DNA from: Fimbriosthenelais zetlandica | Lineage: Eukaryota | Direction: 5' to 3' | DNA length: 64,000 nucleotides | Assembly: GCA_977030845.1 (NCBI GenBank) | Contig: OZ365115.1 | Location: 13,826,001 to 13,890,000, forward strand | Part shown: positions 27,001 through 36,800 of the stretch, one piece after another | Layout: each line of letters begins with the position of its first letter | Numbering within the stretch: position 1 is the first letter of the stretch | Program-made: the position numbers and the translations under genes | The notes under the pieces: generated by a model | What the model saw: the letters and a program-made list of their open reading frames with translations, nothing else | What the model was told of the DNA's origin: nothing | The model's database searches: none

Positions 27001-28735
27001 ATGATGTTAATCACGTACGCCGCGTTCCTGGTTCTAGGAGGGCTATGTATCGTCCTACAGTACTGGGCTAAGAGGACCCGCCGGGACCCCGCCGTGGGTA
27101 ACAACCCGACCTTCCTACAGTTCCAGCAGGGCTACTTCTCAGCTTACTACACGGCTCTACTCGCCGACTGGCTCCAGGTGAGTAATAATTGAATTAAAAA
27201 TATATAATTAATGGAATAATCTTTAATAAAATATAATTATAATTAGGAAAACCCCTAAAAAGTGTTTGTAGAAACTTTCCAGCCTGATAGTTTGTCCGTG
27301 CAAGATTTATTTTCAAAATATATAATGTGAAATTGTTTAGATGAATTGATTTCTACACATGGATGCACCTTCTGTGTACAAAAAATGACTTGCTAAAGAT
27401 GGCTGACTCTCTTGAATCTCTTACTCTGATGCATTTAGGAATTGAACAGAGAAGATGAAATGTCCTCATTCTGTTCTAGGGGCCATATCTGTAAAAAGTC
27501 TCAAATAAACTGTACCAATGTAAGGGAGATAAACTAATAATGTTTTATTTCTCTTGTAGGGGCCGTATTTATATAAGCTGTATCAACACTATGGTTTCAT
27601 GGAGGATCAGATCGCCACCCTTTACGTGTGTGGGTTCGCCTCCACTGTGCTACTCGGGACCTGGGCGCCTATCGCCGCTGATAAGTTTGGTCGTAAGAAG
27701 CTGTGTATCGTGTTTACCGTCATCTACTCGCTGGCCTGCTTCTTCAAGCTATCACGGAGTTATGGCATATTAATCCTGGGCCGAGTGTTGGGGGGCGTGG
27801 CCACCAGTCTTCTCTTCTCAGCCTTCGAGGCCTGGTACCTCCACGAACATTTAGAAAACGACTTCCCTAAAGAGTGGATCCCTGTGACATTTAACAAAGC
27901 TAATGTATGGAACGGTGGGCTGGCTATACTGGCCGGTGTAGTTAGTAATATTGTATCAGAGTGGTTACAGTTCGGGCCGGTGTCGCCCTTCATGCTGGCC
28001 ATAGTGTGTTTAGTGGCCTCAGCCGTGGTTGTTCTAACTCAGTGGAAGGAGAATTACGCTAAACAGCAGATCAGGTTCACTAAGCCGTGTTTACAGGGGT
28101 TGAGGGAGATTACCAGTGAACCTCGTATATTCCTCATCGGGTCTATACAGGCTATGTTTGAGAGCGCCATGTATCTGTTTATCTTCCTCTGGACGCCTGT
28201 ACTCGACCCCGGCAAGCCGTCTCTCGGTATCGCCTTCTCTAGCTTCATGGTCTGTATTATGATCGGCTCAGCTCTCTATCAGATCCTCGCATCACGTGAT
28301 GTGCCCGTCCTACACCTCCTGTCTATATCTGTGGTCATCTCTCTCATTGGTAACATCCTCTGTGTCCTAGCGACTAACCCTGACAACATGAATAGAAACC
28401 TGGCCTTTATCTCCTTCCTGGTCATAGAGGTGGGTGTAGGCATCTACTTCCAGGCTATGGGTAAAGTAAGGAGTAAAGTATTACCAGAAGCTAACGCGTC
28501 TAGTATCATGAACTGGTTTAGAGTACCACTCAACCTCATCGCGTGTCTAACGCTCATGTCGTTACATAGTAACACCATGAGGCATGGTAACAGAATGTTG
28601 TTTGTAACGTGTGTAGGTTTGTTAGCTATCGCCACTGTTTGTTGTTTTAAGTTTATTAGCATGGTGCGTGATGATGAGACATTCCAATCTGACATGGAGG
28701 CCACAGAAGATGAAACAGCGCCAGTCGAGGCGTAA
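27001..28735 (+). CDS. MFSD5: Major facilitator superfamily protein 5 (molybdate-anion transporter family), 450 aa, 2 coding exons
   Basis: Exons 27001-27177 and 27560-28735. Motifs LLADWLQ|GPYLYKLYQHY, GGVATSLLFSAFEAWYLHEH, FIFLWTPVL and IMNWFRVPLN match MFSD5. Confidence 0.97.
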
Positions 28736-29161
28736 TAATGAACTATTAATTATATTAATTAATATTTTATACGTTACAGGGATCAACAACTAATTGTTAA
28801 TATTAATAATATATAAAATTATGTACAGCTAATGTTCTGCTATGAATATTAAAAATATTCAAGCGGCCTATATTATTTTAAGTTATATTTTGGGGCTTAA
28901 AAATAACTCATTTTTAATGTATTCGATGCGTACATTTAATCTGTCAGTTAATCTTGTTGGTGACGGTATATATACATATAAATGTATGGGCTTTAATTAA
29001 TTATTTGCAATGTACAAAGGGGCAAATAAAGAATTTCAAACAGTAATGTATTTCTTAGAGGTTTTCTATGGGCTCCAATGAGGGACGGTAAGCCAGCGCC
29101 ATCTGAATAGACGGCCGGGAGGTGAACTACAGCTCAATCTACACTCGTGTTTGCCTAGACA

Positions 29162-29367
29162 TAGCCTGACATCCAAGCCTCACGGGCTCCCCCCAGCGAC
29201 TACCGGGGAGGGACGGATGCTCTGTCTATCTAGGCCTACTCGTGTATTTTGAATCTCTTTATAAAATAAGAATATTTGTGCTACCGTAGACAGAGTATCC
29301 GTCCCTCCCCTGTAGTCGCTTGGGGTAGCTCGCTGGGGGGAGCCCGTGAGGCTTGGTTGTCAGGCTA
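29162..29367. mobile_element. Palindromic MITE (~67-81-bp inverted arms)
   Basis: tagcctgacatccaagcctcacgggctccccccagcgac...ggacggatgctctgtcta (29162-29228) is inverted at 29287-29367. The ends are TA|GCC...GGC|TA. Confidence 0.8.
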
Positions 29368-29374
29368 GTGCTAC

Positions 29375-29639
29375 TGTTATACGCTACGAATGGTGGCGAC
29401 ACTTGTGGGGATTCCCTGAACCACATACCTGGATGCCAGGATGGGAATCCCACGAGTGACGTCACCAGTAGAGAAATGCCAGACGACCGCCAAATATGAA
29501 AGAGACTAGACCACTGTTCTACAGCACTGCTACTCTTTCGTCGCCTCACACCTGCTGAATAATATCCAAGTAAGTAATACAACTTGTATCAATCCCTAAG
29601 GAGTATTTTACCTGTCCCTGGATAGAAATATTCCTTACA
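29375..29639 (+). repeat. 5' LTR
   Basis: tgttatacgc...ttccttaca, a direct repeat of 32491-32755. Confidence 0.97.
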
Positions 29640-29640
29640 C

Positions 29641-29656
29641 TGGTGCCAGGAGTGGG
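29641..29656 (+). other. Primer-binding site, tRNA-Leu-like
   Basis: TGGTGCCAGGAGTGGG lies 1 nt after the LTR. It is complementary, with one mismatch, to the 3' end CCCACTCCTG(A/G)(C/T)A-CCA of metazoan tRNA-Leu as I recall it. Confidence 0.75.
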
Positions 29657-30471
29657 GTGAGCATCTGGCTACCTTGGCTGGAGCCATACGGGCCGTTCCT
29701 CACAAGCAAACAGGGTACTCCCCCAACATGATGATGTTGGGGCGGGAGGTTTGGCAGCCAGACAACATTATCTTCGGGATGACAACAAAAGAAGAGAACA
29801 CCCCCCCTCCAGAGTATGTCCAGAGGCTCAGAGACTCCATGGAAGAGGTGCACCGCCTGGCTCGAGAAAACCTTGGAAGAACCCAGCACCTGCAGAAAAA
29901 AACCTATGACTTGACACTGCATGAATCAGAGTACACCAGGGGTGATCTAGTATACAAACGGGACACTTCCAGCAAGAAGGGGCAAAGCCCAAAGCTGAGG
30001 CCCATCTGGAAGGGACCGTACCTAGTAGAGCAAGTGCTTTCCCCAGTACTCTACAAGATCCGAGGGCAGAAGAAATCAGAGGTGATACACCATGACCGGC
30101 TGCGCATCTGCCAGGACAGGGCTGTCCCACTCTGGATGCGGCGCATGCGCCATCGCATGCTTGATTTGGACTCAACCACCCCTTGTGATGGGTCAACGGA
30201 TGGTGATGACTCTGTTGGTGATGACCTGGACGAGCTTGGTCTTCCGGCTCTCTTCAAGGAGCCCAGCCAGAGTGTTATAAGCCACCCCACCCGCACTGGC
30301 GCCAAGGCCAACACGGCCGATGCTGGGCAGGGTGACCTTGACCCTGATGTTCCTATTTCAAGTCACGAGACCACTGCTGAGTTGCCGCGCCGTTCCAGAG
30401 CAGGTCGGAAGATTAGACTGCCAGCACGGCTACGCGACTCTGTGCGCAGTCTCACTAAGCTCTTTCACTAA
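29641..30471 (+). pseudogene. Truncated gypsy integrase C-terminus (end of core plus GPY/F region)
   Basis: The open frame EWGEHLATLAGAIRAVPHKQTGYSPNMMMLGREV...LRPIWKGPYLVEQVLSPVLYKIR...VIHHDRLR matches the gypsy integrase tail. The N-terminal zinc finger and DDE core are missing. Confidence 0.88.
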
Positions 30472-30579
30472 CATGGGTGCATCTGGTAGCACCGGTTCAG
30501 TTGGCTAAGTGCATGCCTAGACTTAAGATCAGGGAAGCTGGAGAGAACTAAATCAACTTCCCTTGTAATATTTTTCAGA

Positions 30580-32235
30580 ATGTCTAACCAGCTCCCAAGG
30601 ATCAGCATCACCGTAAGGGCAAGGCCCAGTGGAGACCTGCCACCTAGCCGTACTATTACCGTGCACCAGGACCCACAGCCGGGAAATGCCCCGGACGACC
30701 ATGCCTCACTGAGGCATTCAGACCCTCACAGAGACGAGGCCCCCTCCGTACCACGGCCACCCAGCCCACGCCATCCCCCCGAAACCCTGGGCCATGACCC
30801 GGATACACAGAACAAACGCAAGCGTAAGCGAGAGGAGTCTGGGGAGGGAAATCAAACGAAGCAAAAGAATACCGATAGGGGCTATGGGTGGTGCCCGGTT
30901 ACACCTGACTGTGACCACGCTCGGGACCGGCACCTCCACCGGCATGTGGCCTGGGCCCATCTACCATTTTACATGGACCCATGGACGGCATGCTGGGGTT
31001 GCCGGACTCAGTGGGGCCGTCGGACCAGCCTTGAGACCCACCTCATGACGTGCCGGCACCCACGCACATTTGGGGAGGTTACTCTGGAAGAATGGGCTGA
31101 ACTGGCTCTCGGGATGCTGGGGGAGTTAGCCCAAAGTCTGGGGGAAGGGGTGGAGCAGTTGCCTGCCTATGCCAGGCGGAGATGCCGCATGCCCCAACAA
31201 TATGAGGTTACGGCGGAACAGGAGATCTTGATGGATCTGTTTGACCGGGCTGTCGAAGGTCATATTCCAGCCCATCGCTCCATCGTACAGCCCTCAACGT
31301 TGGGGAGCCTCCTTCATTGGCGGATCCAGGCCGCTCTAATCGCCAACTTAGACAAGAGGGACAGGAGGAGGATCCGGAGCATCCGGAAGCCGGCCCCCCT
31401 GCCACGACGTATCGTTCCCAACGGGGTCGATGCTCACTGCCACCTTCGTGATCAATGGGAGCGGCTGGGGGGTCGGGCCGCAGTGGAAGCTGCAGGCAGG
31501 CACCTCCGGGGACAGATGGAACAGCTGGAGGTAATAGATGTAGCCTGTTTCCCTCGCGACTGGAAAACAAACAGCCGTCACCTGATGCCTGGCGCCACAG
31601 TCCACAGGGCAGTGGGCATACATCCCGCAGTGGTGCCGGAAACAATTGCAGCGGCAGGACGCATTATAGATGAAGCCAAAGCCGCGACGGGCGCTGGACA
31701 TGTGATTGCTGTTGGGGAGATTGGGATCGACCTCTACCGGCAAAGCACTGAGACCCTGTTAGCACAACAGCTGGTCCTTAACTGCATGGCGTCACATGCA
31801 GTCCAGCAGGGGCTCCCCATAGTGCTTCACTGCAGGGACAGCGGTGATGGACGGGCCCAGAAGGAATGTAGAATGACGGTACGACAGGTGGTCCCCAGGG
31901 ATCACAAGATCCAGCTCCACTCATTTGATGGGGGAATGCTGGACATGTGCCAGTGGCAGGCACTGTTCACCCGGGTCTATTTCAGTTTCTCTGCCATCAT
32001 CTTACGGCCTGGCCATCACCGCGAACTGAGTGATGTGGCAAAGACTCTCCCCCTTGACCGCATCCTGCTCGAAACCGATGCCCCCCACCTGCCTCCTCCT
32101 GGAACCCGTCGTGGTGAGCACGGTCCTCCCACAATCGTGACCATCGCGGAACACCTGGGCAAACTCCGGAGACAGCCAGGAGGCCTTATTCTGGAGGCAG
32201 CGTCGAGAAATGCGAAGGCATTTTTCGACCTGTAA
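30580..32235 (+). CDS. tatD: 551-aa protein: low-complexity N-terminus, NLS, two Zn-finger-like motifs and a C-terminal TatD-family metal-dependent DNase domain
   Basis: Uninterrupted ORF. TatD motifs VDAHCHL (HxH), AVGEIGIDL (E), VLHCRD (H), QLHSFDG (H) and LLETDAP (D) are all present in the expected order and spacing. Confidence 0.92.
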   Translation: MSNQLPRISITVRARPSGDLPPSRTITVHQDPQPGNAPDDHASLRHSDPHRDEAPSVPRPPSPRHPPETLGHDPDTQNKRKRKREESGEGNQTKQKNTDRGYGWCPVTPDCDHARDRHLHRHVAWAHLPFYMDPWTACWGCRTQWGRRTSLETHLMTCRHPRTFGEVTLEEWAELALGMLGELAQSLGEGVEQLPAYARRRCRMPQQYEVTAEQEILMDLFDRAVEGHIPAHRSIVQPSTLGSLLHWRIQAALIANLDKRDRRRIRSIRKPAPLPRRIVPNGVDAHCHLRDQWERLGGRAAVEAAGRHLRGQMEQLEVIDVACFPRDWKTNSRHLMPGATVHRAVGIHPAVVPETIAAAGRIIDEAKAATGAGHVIAVGEIGIDLYRQSTETLLAQQLVLNCMASHAVQQGLPIVLHCRDSGDGRAQKECRMTVRQVVPRDHKIQLHSFDGGMLDMCQWQALFTRVYFSFSAIILRPGHHRELSDVAKTLPLDRILLETDAPHLPPPGTRRGEHGPPTIVTIAEHLGKLRRQPGGLILEAASRNAKAFFDL

Positions 32236-32470
32236 GTGCGGACCGGTAGACCAGATGTAAATAGTAACTGCCAGTCCCGAGGACGACCACTGTACATATT
32301 TATTACTTGTCCTCAGGCTGGCTAATGTACATAGGACATGTATATATACAGATATATAACAACTACTTGGCCAATGGCCGGTTACCAACGACTGACGATG
32401 ATTGTCCCCCCACCCATCCTAGTCTTGGCCCCTGGCCGGTGACCATGGTAAGGGATGTCTACCATCTCCT

Positions 32471-32490
32471 AAAAATAAAAGAGGGGAGAG
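32471..32490 (+). other. Polypurine tract
   Basis: aaaaataaaagaggggagag immediately precedes the 3' LTR. Confidence 0.9.
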
Positions 32491-32755
32491 TGTTATACGC
32501 TACGAATGGTGGCGACACTTGTGGGGATTCCCTGAACCACATACCTGGATGCCAGGATGGGAATCCCACGAGTGACGTCACCAGTAGAGAAATGCCAGAC
32601 GACCGCCAAATATGAAAGAGACTAGACCACTGTTCTACAGCACTGCTACTCTTTCGTCGCCTCACACCTGCTGAATAATATCCAAGTAAGTAATACAACT
32701 TGTATCAATCCCTAAGGAGTATTTTACCTGTCCCTGGATAGAAATATTCCTTACA
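32491..32755 (+). repeat. 3' LTR
   Basis: Direct repeat of 29375-29639. Confidence 0.97.
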
Positions 32756-32895
32756 CTACCGGTACAGTTTTGACCTGATTTGATGTTTTCATTTAAAAAA
32801 TAAAATATCAAAAAGCATGCTTAATGTCTTCTTAGTTCTGATAAATGGTAGGCTATTGGGTAAAGCGTTCGATGGATATTGATTTTGGTTCATAT

Positions 32896-32950
32896 TAGCC
32901 TGACATCCAAGCCTCACGGGACTACGGGGGAGGGACGGATACTCTGTCTA
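32896..32950 (+). mobile_element. Solo, internally shortened arm of the 29162 MITE family
   Basis: tagcctgacatccaagcctcacgggactacgggggagggacggatactctgtcta. Confidence 0.75.
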
Positions 32951-33897
32951 AGCTGATGTTCACTCGTGAGGCACAAGGTGGCAGCACCGGATATCGCATC
33001 ATTCCTTCCCTCCTCAAGAGGAGAGTTCTACATTTTGCACTAAAGTCATTTTCGTAAATCAGAATTGGAATGAATCCTTTCCTTTCAGAAAAAAACGTGT
33101 ATATTTTTATCATGATCTGGTACAAGTTTCAGGTTGATTCCATGAATGTTCGATTTTATGCAGGACTTACGTGAGGTCTAACTTCCGGTAGCCGTAGAAC
33201 TCTCCTCTCTGTGAGTGAGGAAAGTGGAGGAGTGGAGAGTCACATGATGGTCAGATATCAACATGGCGGACGCACAGGCACGCGGCTCGAGTCAAACTTA
33301 TTATACTTTTCCGACTTTAAAGCCTGTACGAAGTGAGTTACATGTGCAAAAGTTGCAAAAGTCTGAGAAGGTTACTTATACACAGTAAGTAGAACCATGT
33401 CACGGCGGTGTTCTCTCTTTCTACGTCATATAATCACTGGATCAATCATGATGTTTACATGATGTGCATGACCTACGCCGCACACTGGCAGTAGCACTGG
33501 TACTGGAGGCTGAGTCACTGACACTCATTTCATTTCAAACTTTATTTAGCGTCGGTGCGTTTACAGAAAAGTATAACATTAGCGTGAAGGTATTCAGCCG
33601 ACAAGTTAACAGGAAACAAAATGAATAACAGATGCAAAAGGCTAAAAGTAAAAGAGTCAGTGAGGGGCGGGGCTAAACAAATCTAAGAGTACCGTAAATG
33701 GCGTAATTTACTTCAGTCCTGTTTGATTCACTGACATTAGTTGTCAAAAATATCTCATATTGTGCCTTGTTAATGGACGTAAATTTATTTATTTTATATA
33801 ATTTATTTGAATATGCATGTAAAACAATCTATAGTATATTTGTTTTATATGATTTAATTTATTTTTTGAAGGAAAGTTTTGTGAACAATAGGAAATA

Positions 33898-36800
33898 ATG
33901 GCATCAGTGGGGGAAGCTGAGGCTGAGGCTGAGCATGATGATGAGAAATCTATTTTTCCATCACGTTTTTTTCTCTCGTCTAAACTGACTGAGTTAATGG
34001 CCCCTATCAAAGATTCTACCAGGATCAAAGTAAGTGACATGGTCGGCTTTTAAAGTAGGCTAAATCTATTACTTTCCCTTTAGATTATTAATCAGATTAT
34101 ATGAGAATTGCAGAAGTATTGGAAGTTGTACATTGTGTCAAAGAATACTTCTTTTTCTAATATATATAGTTTACTTTTATTTATTACTTGTCTCGTTTTC
34201 ATATATTTTTTGTTGCGTTTTTCCTGCTGTTTCTCATGTCCTGACATCTTTATTGTTTCAGTATGTATGTCTATCCGCCAGTAAACACCTGGTTGCCATG
34301 GGAACCAGCACGGGAGTAGTGTACGTGTATAGTGTGGACACGCAGCGCTGTGTGCACGTGACAGTGGCTGAAACTGTACGTCCAAAATACTCATCTTAAA
34401 AAGTCTAAAACTTCATTCTTTTTGGTCTAAAAGGTCTTTAAAAAGTCTTAAATTGGTTGAAGTCTCTGCCAACGATATTACTGACGATTTTTCCAATGAT
34501 TTAACTGGCGATTTTGCCGACTATTAATTGTCCGAAAATGTGGATTTTAGGTCTTAAAATATGGATCATATGTCGTGAAGTCTTTAAAAAGTCTTAAATT
34601 TTATCATCTCAGAACCGCAGAATCTCAGACTGAGTATATCTCTTTTGTTTCCCTATATTGTATTCTTTATTTTTAACCATTTCTTTCATTAGTTTTTACC
34701 AATTTCTTTCATTACTTAAAGACCTTTTAGTTTAAAGTAAAATATTTATGGTTATTACTCATTGGTCATGTTTATTTCAGGAAGGTTCGGTGGTTCAAGT
34801 CTGCCTCAGTAAGAGTGGAACCATGCTGGCTTATGCTACAAGGTCCGTGTGTATCTCATTGTTAATTCACTTTGAAGGCAGTAGCGTTATGTATATTGTT
34901 ACAAAAGTTAATACTGTATCGTTATCTACCCATGTTTTAATGTATTATATATGGTTTCTCGCCTCCCTTTACCTATACAGACAATCCAAACTTGGCAGCC
35001 TAATAAGGCGCAAGTCGGAAAACCTTATCTTCTCTCATTATTATTATTAGTCATATATACCGATAGTACTCACCACTGGTTATTTTCAAAACCTACTTAT
35101 TGTAGAAAATCTCCAGAATAATTTTAAAAAAATTGACTATTGTTTGTTTACAGTAAGGGTCATGTACTGGTGACTAAGTTAGCCTCACCTGGCCGAGGTA
35201 AACCTGAACGTGTGAGGTGTATATGTGACCATGCTGGTACAGTGGTCACTTCTCTCTGCTGGACACATGATGGACAGTGTCTGTATGTGGGCGATGACCG
35301 CGGAAAGGTCTCCAGATCTAACTTCTACATACAGCCTACTAATAAGGTACAGTAAACTGCTACATACCTCCATCTAATAAGTGAAATATAACTTCTACAC
35401 GTATACAGCCTACTATGAAGAAATAGACCTCAATTTCATTAATCAAATTATGAATATCTTTAATGAATCAAATTATGAATTTTTGCAATAATAATTAAAT
35501 ATAAATTTATGAATCAAATTATGAATAATTTTTATGAATAAAATTGTGAATTTTTGCAATATTATCCTTTGATACGCGAATTTTTTAAAATGATACTAAC
35601 AACTGTTTGTCGTGATATTTTATGATAGTTGTAAGTGGTCGACTAAACCAGTGTAAGTTTGTTAAGTATGTTAAGACCTCTGTGACTCCTCCACGCTGTT
35701 TTTGATTACCTATCTCAGGGACGGTCACCTCTGCGCCCCCTGTGTGAAGTCATTGTAAGTCTGGAATCATCAGTCATACAGATAGACACCCACGGTACCT
35801 CCCACATCCTCATCTCTACCAGAACCAGAACCATCCTCTGTTACACTGACAAGTAAGGTCTTATACTCAAATCAAATAATTAAATCAACATTATATCAAA
35901 TATTAACTCACTTCGGAAACATATTACATGTATATAAGTCTTTTTCAGATAAATGTCTTCAAATAAAAACTTTTCTCTTCTACCTAGGCCTATATCATAT
36001 CACAGTAACCTCTTAAGTTTTTTCCTAAAAATATTTTATTTATTTTAGACAGCAGTTTTTACAAATCGGCAAGAAGCCTCGGTGAGTTGACGATATGTTA
36101 TTTTTTGCCACCTTGTTCCTTCTTCCACTTTATCTCACCTTTCCCAATAATCATTCTCGAGGACTCGTATATGAAATGAATTTCTTCCGCTCAAGAAATA
36201 AGATTTTTCCCCACACAAATTCCTATAATCCTGTTATGCCAATAATATATTTTTCTCTTACAGTGAGGGTAAATTTGGTGCCTGTTTTTTCCCTGCCCAG
36301 CATCTCCCCTCCCCCACCCTGCTCCCCCAGGGTGGGGTAGGGGGGCAGGAGGAGTTTATTTTGTACTGTAGTAGACCAGGCTCCCGCCTGTGGGAGGTCG
36401 GGGTAGATGGTGACGTCATCAGTACCCACCAGTTTAAACAGCTCCTAAACACGCCCCACACACACCTCATAGATGCCAGGTATGGACACTTTATTTTATT
36501 TTAAATTAAATTATTTTATTGCTGAACGGAGAGGAGTTCAGTTTGTTTAGTACCAGTTCATTCAGTGGGACCAATTATAGAAAGGTTGGTGGTTCAATCC
36601 CCGACCTGTTCAGGGCATTTTCAAAGAGTGCCCGCTGAAAATCATACATCTTGTTCTTATGACCTGACTATGAAAACTTAGAAAAAAAAATTATTATTAA
36701 AACAAACGTTTATATTCTATGGATATCTTTGTTTCTTATTGTCAGTGTTATGGATTTATCTGGGATTTTCTCACCCGGTGAAGCAGAAGGTCCACAGTCA

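Larger units (their letters stand above)
29375..32755 (+). mobile_element. Non-autonomous Ty3/gypsy-type LTR retrotransposon carrying a TatD-nuclease ORF
   Basis: Two 265-bp TG...CA LTRs (29375-29639, 32491-32755) with no mismatch seen by eye. TSD CTAC at 29371-29374 and 32756-32759; PBS at 29641; PPT at 32471-32490; integrase C-terminal remnant; no gag, PR, RT or RNase H. Confidence 0.95.

Noticed and set aside
29259-29582. Minus-strand ORFs MYYLLGYYSAG... here and at 32459-32698
   Set aside because: They are antisense translations of the LTRs, useful only as evidence that the LTRs are identical.
33263-33390. MADAQARGSSQ... as the HPS5 N-terminus
   Set aside because: The strong donors give out-of-frame or stopped products; only a weak donor joins in frame. 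It is treated as a probable 5'UTR exon or uORF pending cDNA.
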